Shown here: positions 11,507-23,600 of the stretch, in pieces | Numbering within the stretch: position 1 is the first letter of the stretch | Layout of the letters: each line of letters begins with the position of its first letter | NCBI RefSeq assembly: GCF_009914755.1 | Contig: NC_060934.1 | DNA from: the human T2T-CHM13v2.0 reference genome, Homo sapiens | Strand: one strand, 5' to 3' | DNA: 64,000 nt | Position numbers and translations under genes: made by a program | The notes under the pieces: model-generated | Seen by the model: the letters and a program-made list of their open reading frames with translations, nothing else | Database searches by the model: none | Told to the model about the DNA's origin: nothing

Positions 11507-14500
11507 AGTGATGATGTCAGCAAAATGGAAGAATAGGAGATCCCCTGCTCATACGCCACTACAGCAATAATTCGGCAGCCATTCATGAATGAAAATGCCT
11601 TTGTGGAAGCTTTGGAATCGAGATACAAGGCTGCAAAACTTTGGTGATATACAAAATAGAGGAGGGTCACTTTGAGAAAGCAAGTCGATACCCTGGCTAC
11701 CAACTGTAGTCCTGGCTACAGACCCAAAACAGTCCCATCTCATTGTGGAGGGCCAATGAATGAGTTACTTACACACATGCTCTGGGAAACCGTCGTGTTA
11801 AACTCAGCCCTGGCTCCAACCCCTTTCAATCATAACCTAGGAACAGCCTTTCCCACCTAGGAACATGCTAGAATACATACTTGTCCAAGTATTCTACATA
11901 CTTGTGCAAGTATGTAGAATACATACTTGAAGGAGGTTCACCTAACTTAGTCGAACGACAGTACTTGACGAGGTCCTGTAACCCAGTTCCAGCCCCTGCC
12001 AGCTAGAGTCTAGGTCTGGGATCAGTCCTGTCCACCTAGTGATATGGTTTGACTCTATGTCCCCACCCAAATATCACCTTGAATTGTAATCACCATAATC
12101 CCCATGTGTCAAAGGAGAGACTAGATGGAGATAATTGAATCATGGGTGCAGTTTCCCACATGTGGTTCTCGTGATAGTAAGTGAGTCTCATGAGATCTGA
12201 TGGTTTTAGAAAAGGCAGTTCCCCTGCACTCGCTTACATGCTTTCCCACCTGCCATTATGCAAGAGGTGCCTTTGCTTCTCCTTCATCTTCTGCCATGAT
12301 TGTAAATTTTCTGAAGCCTCCCCAGCAATGGAGAACTGTGAGTCCATTAAACCTCTTTTCTTTATAAATTACCCAGTCTCGAGTATTTCTTCATAGCAGT
12401 ATGAGAACAGACTAATAAGCCTAGAAACACACCAGGAGACATGCTTATTTGTGTCACTAGAGGCAGACCCACCTAACTGGGTACCACAGCAGATTCTCAA
12501 ATGGCCATGTAACCCAGATACAAACCTACGCAGCTGCAGTCTAGGAGTACATCTTCCCACCCTCTAGGAGGTATGTCGCTTTGTGTACCTAGAGGCAGGC
12601 CTGTCAATCTTGATCTTAGTGCAGATCCTGAAGCAGCCCTGTAACTTGGCGCCAGCCCCTCTCAGCTGCAATCTGGAAGCAGTTCTGCCTGGCCAGAAAT
12701 CTATCCACTGACTCAATAGGAAACCTCATAGGGACCAGACAGGATTCATGCCCACTCTGGTAATATGTCTGGCAACTATGGATTCCATTGCAGACTACAC
12801 AGAGGCCCTGTGACTCAGCTCTAATCCCACTCAACTGGGATTGTAGAGGCACTCCTGTCACCCTGAGAATCCAACAAGAAGTGGTCTTTAACTGCTAAAA
12901 CCAGTCTGTAAAGGCTAAAAGAGGTTTACTTCTTCAAATGCACAAACATCAATACAAGGCTGTAAGAATTACAAAAATACAGGCAAACATGATACCACCA
13001 ATAGAAACTAATAAAACTCCTATAATTGACCACAAATATATAGAGATCTATGAACTTTCCAACAAAGAGTTCCAAATAATTACTTTAAGGACACAGATAA
13101 ATAGTTAAACAAAATCTGAAGAAAAAACAATCCATAAGAAATAGAAGTTTAATAAAGAAATAGAAACCATAAAAAGAGATTCAAATAGAAATCTTGAATA
13201 TCTGAAGCTGAAGAATACAATAAAAGAATTGAAAACAAGTAATGAAGATCTCAAATAGATTTTATTATGCAAAATAAAGAATTTGTAATCTTGAAAACTG
13301 GTCATTTAAAATTAGCCAGTTGAAGAAATAAAGGAAAAACTGTAAAGAAAATTTAGAGGATCCATGGACAGCATCAAGCACACAAAGTATGCATTATGAA
13401 AGTTCCAGAAAAAGGAGAGAGAGAAGGGTAGAAAGCATATTTTAAGAAATAATGACTGATAACATCCCAAATTTTGGGAAAGATATAGACATTAAGATTC
13501 ATTAAGCTCAAAAGACTCTAGGCAAGATAAACCCAAGAAAGATCATCAAGAGACACATTACAATCAAATTGCCAAATGTTAGACCAAACAGTGAATTTAG
13601 AAAGCAGCAAATAAATAAGCAACTCATCACATACAAGGGAAACAGCATAAGGTTATCAGCGTATTTCTCAGCAGAAGCCTTGCAGGTCATGAAAGAGTGG
13701 AATTACATATTCAAAGTGCTGAAGGAAAAAAAAAATCTTGCCAACCAACATTATACCTAGCAAAGATGTCCTTCAGAAATAAAAGGAAGATAAAAACATC
13801 CTCAGACCAAACACACTATCAAACAAACAAAAAAAACACACATGAACACACACACAATTAAAGGAGTTTATTACTATTGTACTTGCCTTATAATAAATGC
13901 CAAAAGAATTCTCAAGTTGGAATAAATGGACACTAAGTAACAACACGAAAATATATGAAAGTTTCAAACTCACTGGTATAGTTAAATAGACAGGCAAATT
14001 CAGAATACTCTAATACTATAATGACCGAGCATGAATCAGTTTTACCTCTAGTTGAAAATTTAAAAATCAAGAGTGTTAAAAATAACTACAACTACAATCA
14101 TTTTTTAATGGATGCACAAATATAAAAAGAGGTAAAGTGTAACATTGATAGCACGAAGTCTGGGTGGGAGATGTAAAAGTGTAGAGTTTTTATAGCAATT
14201 TAGTTAAGTTGCTATCAGCTTAGAATACATACCTATAACTATAAAATATTTTATATAAGGTTTGTTGTAACCACAAAGAAGTTTCTAGTAGGCACACAAA
14301 ATATAAATAGAGAAAAATCAAAAGAAAGTAGTGGAGAAAAATCATCAAATCACAAAGACAGGAGGAGAAAAAGAAAGGAACAAAGGAAGTATAAAACAGT
14401 CAAAATATTAACAGAATGGCAAAACTAAGTCCTTACTTATTAATATTTAAGTTTAAATGAATTAAATTTTCTAACGAAAAAGTAAAGAGTGGCCAAATGA

Positions 14501-15443
14501 ATTTCAAACCTCTAACAATATGATACATACAACAGACTCACCTTGACTTTAAGAATATATATAGTCTAAAATGGAAGGAATATAAAGGATAGTCTATAAA
14601 ATAGTAACCAAGAGAGAGCAGAGTAGGAATACTTCGTTCAGACAAAATAGACTTGTAGTCAAAATCTGTCATGTGACAAAGAAAATCAATATATAACAAC
14701 AAAAGTATTGATTCATCGAGAGGATATAATGATTGTAAATATATATGCACCCAACAATAGATCTAAGTATATAAAGGAAATGTTAACAGAACTGAAGGGA
14801 GAAGTAGACAGCAGTACAATAATAGTAAGAGACTTCACCACCCCAATTTCCATACTGGATAGATCATCCAGAAAGTCAATAAGGAAACAGCAGACTTTAA
14901 TAATACTACCAAATTGAGCTAACACACATGCACAGAACATTCCACCCATAAACAGCAGTATATAAGTTCCTCTCAACTGTACATGAAACATTCTTCAGGG
15001 TATACCATATATTGGACCATAAAACAAGTCTCAACAAATTTTAAAAGACAGAAATTATATGAAGTATGTTTCTGACCGCATGATATGAAACTAAAAATCA
15101 ACAAAAGGAGGAAAACTGGAAAATTCGCAAACGTGGGAATTAAACAACACACTCAAAAACAACCAATGAGCAAAAGAAGAAATAAAGAGAGAAATAAAAA
15201 AGCATCTTAAAATTTTAAAAACACAACATGTCCAAACCTCTTGGACACAGCAAAAGCTGTCCTAAGAAGGTAGTTTATAGTGATAAATGCTTACATTAAG
15301 GAAAAGAATTCCAAATAAATACCTAACTTTACATATCAAAGAACTAGGGAAAAAAAATCTTTTCAGGCCTAAGTTAGCAGATGGGCAGAAATAATAAAAA
15401 TTAGAGCAACAAATAATATAAAGACAAAAAAGGAACTATAGAA
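11507..15443 (+). mobile_element. Old L1M (L1MA/L1M2-3 era): 5'UTR, decayed ORF1, spacer and ORF2 endonuclease region; 3' part missing; interrupted by a THE1 LTR
   Basis: 5' end gatgtcagcaaaatggaagaataggag; ORF1 relic KQLITYKGNSIRLSAYFSAEALQ..EWNYIFKVLKEK (13569..13760); EN relic EDIMIVNIYAPN..LKGEVDSSTIIVRDFTTPISILDRSSR (14708..14917); many stops and frameshifts. Confidence 0.9.
12040..12419 (+). mobile_element. MaLR solo LTR, THE1D-like
   Basis: tgatatggtttgactctatgtccccacccaaat..gaactgtgagtccattaaacctctttt..agactaata; 5-bp TSD cctag at 12035-12039 and 12420-12424. Confidence 0.95.
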
Positions 15444-16016
15444 AATTTTATTGTTAAATATATTTCAATAAAGCTGGTAAAAATGCATAAAAGTTTTAAA
15501 AATAATGGCTTTAAGCTAATATTTTCTCCAATTTACATTAATTTTAACTGAAAAAAATTTAAAGTTCACCAATTACTTCAATTTGCATTCAGTTTGTTTT
15601 CTAAAATAAAAATAGAAAAAATTAACATTTCAATTAAATATATAATGCATATTATTACAATCATTTTTTGAAGACATTTGTCATTTTAAACAGATAGATC
15701 TGTAGCACTCTCTTATTCTTCCTGCATATGTGCCTATAGTGATGTCTAGACTGATAATTACCTGATATAAACAATGTTTATTTTTATATGATGCCATATT
15801 AGTTCTGTATTGCTTAAGTTCATTTCAATAAGCACATATGCTATTTTCCAGGGGGAAGAGGGTCAAATTAAGAGAATAAATCACATCATAGGAAATAAAG
15901 ATCTTTAGTTATATCGAGGAACTTGAAATTGGACTTATTCTCTTATGTAACTACAAAATTCATAAACGTTCATGATAATTTCAAATCTGTCAAGCTACTG
16001 AAAAGAGAAAGGAAAA

Positions 16017-16068
16017 GTGTGTGTATGTGTGCGTGTGTGTGTGTGTGTGTGAGACAGAGAGAGAGAGA
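16017..16068. repeat. (TG)n(GA)n compound microsatellite
   Basis: gtgtgtgtatgtgtgcgtgtgtgtgtgtgtgtgtgagacagagagagagaga. Confidence 0.9.
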
Positions 16069-17686
16069 ATATGAATAAATGAGACAGATTTAATTGGTAG
16101 AGTCTTCGTAATTTTATTTTTTCTCCATCCAGACCTATTGTTAAAATTATTAACTATTAGCACCCTTTCTTCTACAACATATCTTTTGTTAATGTCTCCC
16201 TCAAATCATTTCCTCTGATTCTAGTAACTCACACTTAGTAATTTGTGACCTGCCCGTCTGCATCCATTTCTTAGAGCAATGAATCTTTGCTACTCCATCA
16301 AGGTTCAAAACTCAGGAGGAAACCTTGTCATTAAATTCTATAAGGAAATCATCTAAGGTTCTAATTTTAAAATATGTTTTGAAATTCTACTAAGATATTC
16401 TGTAGATGTGTGAGGTAAGCATAGATTAGGAATAATGTAAATTGCTACAACTATATATAAAGTCAAAGAATCTTAATGTATTTGTGGACTTTGTAGTTAG
16501 TCTGCTTACATCCTTGCTCCAATTTATATAACTACAACAGCGATTATCTTATTTATTTTGTATACAGTCAGTAAAATTCAACTTTATTTTGTATGGTATT
16601 ACCTCATATAAAAAAATCTCTAGGACACAGACTGAAGCATCTTTTGGATAATGAAAGTCTTATGTTTTCTAGTACAGGTGTTTAATAGCAAGCAGCTTTC
16701 ATATGGAAATTCCAGGGTAAATAGGTTTGCTGTTGCCAAAGGAAAAGGAAGGCAGGCATTATTGGGAGGAAAATAAAAAGAAATAAGTGTCATCGTATGT
16801 TAATGTAATGAAAACTGACTATCGGAAAGAACAAAGATATCAGAGCTGAAATATAGTCCATCTCCAGCTTATACGATCCTTTAAGGGTCAAGGAGCTCTG
16901 ACACACATTTCAAATAGTTTTCAAAATGTAATACTGAGAGCATACCCTCAGCAGTATCTCAGCAGTATCCAGAAAGCCCTTAAAAGTCAATCTTAATAAA
17001 GCATTCTTTTCATTGTTGTTGTATCGTTTGGCTTCATGAACTTTAGGGAGAACTGAACAAGTAAAGCTGTGCCCTGGCAGTTGAAAAATTGGCATGGAAA
17101 ATAATTGGCATCCTGCTCAAGGGAGAGGGATTTGAGCCAAACAAAGGTACCTCCTATATTAATATGTAAGCTTAACAATCAGGCAAATCTAATGCCGCCA
17201 GACCTCTGGGTCAGAATATTAACATTTCCTTCTGACATGCTCGAGCTGGAGTTTAATGCCAAGAAATGCATTTATAATTAGAAAACATCTTAATTGTGAT
17301 TTATGTGTGTCTGACAGGCTGACACTTGATCTTTACTTACTCTCTTACTGACTTAACGTTATTTTTATGTCCTGAGAGACATAACTCAAATTGAAGATTT
17401 TGCTTGTCGACTTTATATTCTGATAGTTATTTAGCTTTTCTACACACACATCATACATTTGCTCAATTCTTATATTTTAACATTTTATAACATAGAGTGA
17501 ATTTCATTAAGATGATTTCATTAAGATAATTTGACGATTGTTAACATGACAAAACTAGTCAAAAGAGTTTGCTTCAATAAACGTAGTAAATAAAGTTAAA
17601 AAGTAGTAAAAGTGCTAGACAAGCAATTGAAATTTCTGAACAGTTCCCTGATACATCTTACGGGGATCAGTGTTTTGAGTCCCCAG

Positions 17687-17764
17687 TTGGAAAATACATG
17701 ACAAATGGCAATGAACAATTGGACAAATGGCAATTGGAAAATACATGACAAATGGCAATGAACA
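17687..17764. repeat. 31-bp perfect direct repeat with a mosaic 16-bp spacer
   Basis: ttggaaaatacatgacaaatggcaatgaaca at 17687-17717 and 17734-17764. Confidence 0.92.
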
Positions 17765-18290
17765 CAAAAATACGATTTAACATGTCTTGTGACTGTTTAT
17801 CAAAATAGGAAAATAGTTTTAGCATAGAATCTCATTTCAAAATATAACACAGAGCATGGCTGAAATAACTTTTCTTATATATTTCAGTGTTATCCTACTG
17901 AGTTAAGAAAGGCATGATTTAAAAGAGGTAAAAGTATGTCCACATCATTCAACCACAGGATGAAGGCTAATTATATCTACACAGCCAGTTCCATTTGGCA
18001 AATACAAATAGATAAGAGGTGCTAGTGATGATTCAGATGCCTTGGAAAGCTACAGTAATACTTTCACAAATCTTATTTTTTATGAAATATAAATGTGTGT
18101 GTTAGTGAGGGGAGAGACAGAGACAGAGAAAAAGAACAAACTATTTGTTAAAATCAAGATACAGTACATTTTGAGGAGATGCTAGAACTCAAGAACAACT
18201 TACCTTGTTAACTGGAGCCCTGCTATTTATATAATATCACTCTCCCTACTTTTTAAACAGAAATTTAGGCATATGCCTTCATAGTGCTGA

Positions 18291-18409
18291 CACATATATG
18301 CTTTCCCTCACTCTTGCTTTGATGGATTCACATATATGCTTTCCCTCACTCCTGCTTTGATGGGATGGATTCACATATATGCTTTCCCTCACTCCTGCTT
18401 TGGTGGATT
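18291..18409. repeat. Minisatellite, three copies of a ~38-bp unit
   Basis: cacatatatgctttccctcactc(t/c)tgctttg(a/g)tggatt starting at 18291, 18329 (with 5 extra bases) and 18372. Confidence 0.95.
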
Positions 18410-21400
18410 TATGATGGATTTTCTTCACTCGTGATTTGGTGCATCCTGAGTAAAGGCAAGTTTTCTTTTGCTTTTTTTTTGAATATTAATAATTTTTCAG
18501 AAATATGTATCCACATGCAGCAGTCACTGAAAACACTGTTAACACTAAGAAGTTCAGAAATAAAATTCAATCTCACTGCCTCAATGTTAACTATTAAAAT
18601 AATAAAGTTTATGAACTTTGGGAGAACTTTTCAATAAATTTCCACTATGAATTTGATGACGGCCATTATGCATGCACTTGATGTTTTTTCAGAAATTTTG
18701 TTTCAATAATGACTTTTAAAAAAACGTAGCCTTAATTTAAATGTTTCAGAGCAATTACTTTTATTTTAGCCTCAAAAAGCAGAATTAAGAGCAGGCTTTT
18801 TAAAATTACCACTACTTTCATTTACTTTTCTTCTGCTTTCCTGAGTTCTTTTTAATGAAAAATCATGTTGAAATTAAGATTTATAATTTTAATTTAAAAT
18901 TACGTTTAATAAGGGATTTTAAAATAATTCTTAGAATCAAATCTTTTAGAAAAGGAAAAGCCTTTTTTTCTTTTTTCTTTTTTCTTTTTTTTGCAATGTG
19001 CTTAATTACTTACCTGAATGTTCATTATGTTAATTTTATAATTTTAAGTGATGTTTAACTCATTATGGCAAGAAAATAGCACAGAAAACAATGGAATAGC
19101 TATTCCTGAATTGCCACATAATACCTGGGAGAAAACTAAGGGTTTTCTGGCTTGAGGAAGACATTAGTGTACTTCACAAAAGACTTTGGTTGACAGGGAA
19201 GTGAATACTGAAATCCAAAAGGAGATCCACTTCCCATTACTTGCTTCCTCGATCAAGGTTGGGTCAAACTAGAGAATGAAACATGTTTTGGATTTTTCTC
19301 TACAGAGAAAGTTGCCATTCCGTAATTTGACCAAAAATGCCAGTGATACTAGTTAATTTACTGAAGGATGTGGTCTAAATTCTGCATGTAATTGGGCAGG
19401 GAATAGCCAAAGCCTTATACAGGCTTTTATTATCTATTATATTAATATTCTTTATGAAGTCTTAAGAGAATTGAAGTTTTCTGATGCTTCCCAGGATAAA
19501 ATTTTGAATAGACAGAGAAAGGCTCTTGCTGTGAGAAAGTTTACATTCAGTTGGACATAGCAAAGTGTAATACGAATGGTAAGAAGAGTGAAAAGTAACC
19601 CATGAGAAAAATGAGACAGCTCGGGGAATGAATGTAAAGATGTTCACTGTCTTTAACATGCAATTTTTTTGGAAGTCAAAATGACTGGATATTGACTGAA
19701 ATAATTAACTTCCTAAATACTAGATTGTCACCACATCCAATGCCTATGAACCAGGTAAATAATTTGAAATACAGTTTTCCCTGACCAGAAATGTATTTTT
19801 TAATCTAATGACTGTGTAATATTTCCACTTAAAAAGCGCATAATTTATTTTCTAAAAACCATTTAATATGGTTTTATATTCTTATACTAATTACTTACCT
19901 TTACTGCATATTAAATATGACACCAAAGAAAATCTAGTAATGTCTGAAAATGTTATTTTCCCCAATTTGCTTGTTGATATTGCTGCTATGTAACTGCATC
20001 ACTAATACCACCTGCACTTCACCTGGACATATTGGAAAATAATGCTTCAATGTAATAAAACACACAGTATCACAAGTGTTATCAACATGTTTTTGTATAT
20101 TTTTGCTCATTATTCTAAAGTTTAAAAGAATGGATAATCTTCTAGAAAAAAATTTTTTAGGTCAACTATTAAACACCCATGTGTGTGGCCACTTCAATGG
20201 CAGGTCCCTCGGGGTTTGTTAAATCATTGCCGAATGAATGAATGATGAATAAAATAATTTTTCTGTCCCAACTTGAAGCTATTCATGTGTCTCTTTTATA
20301 TTAGGGCCTGATTCTTCTACATTTTTGAAGGTTTTTTGAGGGAGGTAAGGTCTTTGAGGCAGGGTGGGGAAATGCATCCGGCAATCTACCATTCGGCCAT
20401 CATACCAAACTCAACATCCTTTTTAACGTATGAAAAAAATCTACCTTTTCTTCTCATTTGTTTAACAGTGCAGCTTTTCTTCTTCTTTTTTTAAAATAGG
20501 AATTGCGAGGAAAGGAGAGCTGTGCAAGGATATATTGTCACTGCTAATGAATAGAACTTGGCATGACTTTCCTTCCACCTGTAACCAATTATTAAGCCAA
20601 AACCATTTCCTGCCAATACACTAATTGTTTTAGGTGACAGGTCTGTGAATTCATTGCTGCCCAACCTGACTAACCCTTAAGGAAAAAAAATAAAATTCTA
20701 TAAAACTAAGAGATAGCAGAATAGATGCGGATGTTACACTGCATTTGAGTACGATATAAGGTACATATAATGCACGTGTTGTACATTACTTCATTTACAT
20801 TATCACCCATATCATTTATCCTACGCCACATCAAAGTTTACTGTTGGAAAGATAATTTTGTGAAAAGTTAATTGCTTAGAATTCTTGGCCTCAGCTTCAA
20901 ATGAGTGAATATCTCTGAAAGGTTTGTCACTGATCCACCTTTTGAGGATTTTACTAACTGCTCCCTACTGGTTCTTTTTAAATATGTGAAAAATGCATAG
21001 ACTTTGTCTGACCTTCATGATTCATAATCATGAAGACTAAATCAATTTGCTTGCTTTCTGCTATCTTTTAATCTAAGTAGCACTGTCCTAATAAAACAAA
21101 ACCCAAACTTCACATGTTTTAAATGAAGTGCTATAAAAATAGACTTGCAGTATCGCATTTTAGAATGTTACTTTGAGGTATTTTTCTCATGTATACTGTA
21201 GCCTTAATATGTACTTAATTGTCTTATATTTTAATATATTTTGTACAATTATATTGTTCTTTTATTAATATTTTATCTTATTTTTCCCATTAAGACTAAT
21301 CCTCCTTTTTAAGTATAGTTTTACTCTTCAACTACACTCAGAGTAACTCTGTCCTCCAAATACACATATTCCACCTAGAATCTCAGGAATCAATTATAAT

Positions 21401-21584
21401 TTACCTGGAATTAAATTGAATAATTTAGGTGTTGTAACACTGTACACCACACAATACACTTCAGGACATTGTTTTATCTGCTCTGTGATAACTAGCATAC
21501 TGAAATTGTATTAATTTTTACTCTACTTACAAATTAAATTTGATTTAAGCCAATGGTGGAAAGGGATATGAGAAGGGTGTGGTT

Positions 21585-21790
21585 GAATAAATGTGTATTG
21601 AGCACCCACATATATGTCTACTATTTTAAGCCTCATTAAATTCACTAGTATTTTTCTCCATTACAAATGAGAATACTGATGTTCAGAATTTTCAAGAACA
21701 TTGCTCAAACTGAGGACGGCTAACCCATGGCAGGCACAGGACTTGAATATACTGCAGTCTGATGGCCAAGCCCATATACTTTGTATGATA
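21585..21790 (-). mobile_element. MIR SINE
   Basis: tattgagcaccc..ctccattacaaatgagaatactgatgttcaga..ggacttgaat..gtctgatggccaagccca. Confidence 0.6.
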
Positions 21791-21794
21791 CAGT

Positions 21795-22533
21795 ACTGAA
21801 TGTTATGAATGTTCCCTCCAAAACTCATGTTGAGACTTGATTTCTAATGTGGCAGTGTTAAGTGAAGTATTTGGGAGGTGACTGAATCATGAGGGATCTG
21901 CCTAGTGACTTCATGGGTTAATGGATTAAAAGGTTAATAAATTAGTCCAGTGCATTGGCTCATGCCTGTAATCCCAGCACTTTGGGAGGCCAAGGTGGGC
22001 AGGTCACCTGAGGTCGGGAGTTTGAGACCAGCCTGGCCAACATGGTGAAACTTCATCTCTATCTACCAAAAATAGAAAAATTAGCTGGGCATGGTGGCAG
22101 ACGCCTGTAATCCCAGCTACTTGGGAGGCTGAGGCAGGAGAATCCTTTAACCTGGAAGGCAGAAGTTGCAGTGAGCCGAGATTGCGCCTCTGCACTCCAG
22201 CCTGGGCAACAAGAGCAAAACTCCATCTCAAAAAAAAAAAAAAAAAAAAGCTAATTAATTAATCAGTTATTACGGGCATAGAACTGGTGGCTTTTCAAGA
22301 AGAGAGAGACTTGAGCATGCTAACATGTAGCACACTCAGCCCGCTTACCAAGTGATATGCTGCACTGCCTTGAGACTTTGCAAGAGACCCCACCAGCAAG
22401 AAGGCTTTCACCAATGATGCCTCCTCCATCTTGGACTTCTCAACCTCCACAACTATAGAAAATGAATTTATTTATTTATAAATTACTCAGTTTCAGTTAT
22501 GCTGCTATATGCAATAGAAAACAGACTAGTACA
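21795..22533 (+). mobile_element. MaLR solo LTR, MSTD-like, split by an Alu
   Basis: gaatgttccctccaaaactcatgttgagac..[Alu]..gaactggtggctttt..cccaccagcaagaaggc..cttggacttctcaacctcc..gaaaacagactagtaca. Confidence 0.9.
21944..22249 (+). mobile_element. AluS (Sq/Sp-like)
   Basis: Full dimer with cacctgaggtcgggag, gcaacaagagcaaaactccatctc and ~A20 tail; degenerate TSD aaggttaataaatt / aagctaattaatt. Confidence 0.97.
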
Positions 22534-23522
22534 TTGACCCTGATCACACCACTGTTAATAAAATATTTTTAGTGCTTTTCTGTGCCTCCATTATTTTAGA
22601 AACTTCACATATATTTATTTCATTCAATCTTCAAGAATTTGTTGTAAACCTGAGGCATTAGGACTAATTTCAGCAGAGAGGCTAGATGAGGTCTTGCTGA
22701 AAATGCAGTATGTAAGCTGAATCATACAACATTATTAGGATTTAGCCAAGTGAAGACTAAAGAAAATTGAAAGGCATTCCAGGGAGAAAATGCTATATAA
22801 AATTATTTATGATCCATATGCCATTGATATGGCCGAACATAAACTTTATTGCCCTGCATATCTTAATTTGTTATCTATAAAATTTAAAAAAAATTACGTT
22901 GAATAATTTTGCTTTTGCTAAATTACGTGTTTCCCTTTCTTATTAATACATATGCTAAAGATTGCTTTGTTTCTAATAACATGTTCAGTTAAATTTGTAG
23001 TAAAGCTTAGTAAATTTCACCTTCTTCTTTCTTCAATGAAAAAAAAACTACGCTTTCTGAATTTCAGCCCATTTTTGTCTTTAGCATGCTGTTAAATCCT
23101 CACAAAACCTTTCTGTGTCTTCTTCTGCTTACTACTGAGCCCTGGGATCTGAGCTCTTTGAGTCAAGCCTTTGTAAGAAATGATGGCTTAATTATCTTAT
23201 CTGCTTTCTTTTTATCTTCCCGACCTTTTTCCAAATCTCTTGGCTGTTTCCCTCTGTTCCTTTGTGAATAAATGCGAAGCTTTAATTTAGGCCATTTTTC
23301 ATAACCCATGCACCTACTGCTAAGTCGGCACTCATCTCCAGGTTGTTCTGCCCTTTGTCACTCGGCTCGACTACTTTCCAGAATGACCTATTTCCGCTGG
23401 GGCTTTTGATTCACTGGCCATCCATATAATACTAAAAGTAAAAATGACTTTCTAATTATTGTTATGATGATGGGTGCATTAGTTTTTATTTAAAGTCATA
23501 CAACACCCACCCAATCATATTA

Positions 23523-23600
23523 TTATGTTGGTGCAAATAATTGTGGTTTTTGCCAATCATTTCAAAGGAAAGAACCGCAATTACTTTTGCACCAACCTAA
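23523..23600. mobile_element. MADE1 (Hsmar1-derived MITE)
   Basis: ttatgttggtgcaaataattgtggtttttgcc..aaagaaccgcaattacttttgcaccaacctaa: the ~80-bp palindromic MADE1 structure. Confidence 0.93.

Noticed and set aside
18291-18409. 38-bp repeats of CRISPR-like length
   Set aside because: Head-to-tail with no unique spacers, no cas genes, and a primate repeat context.
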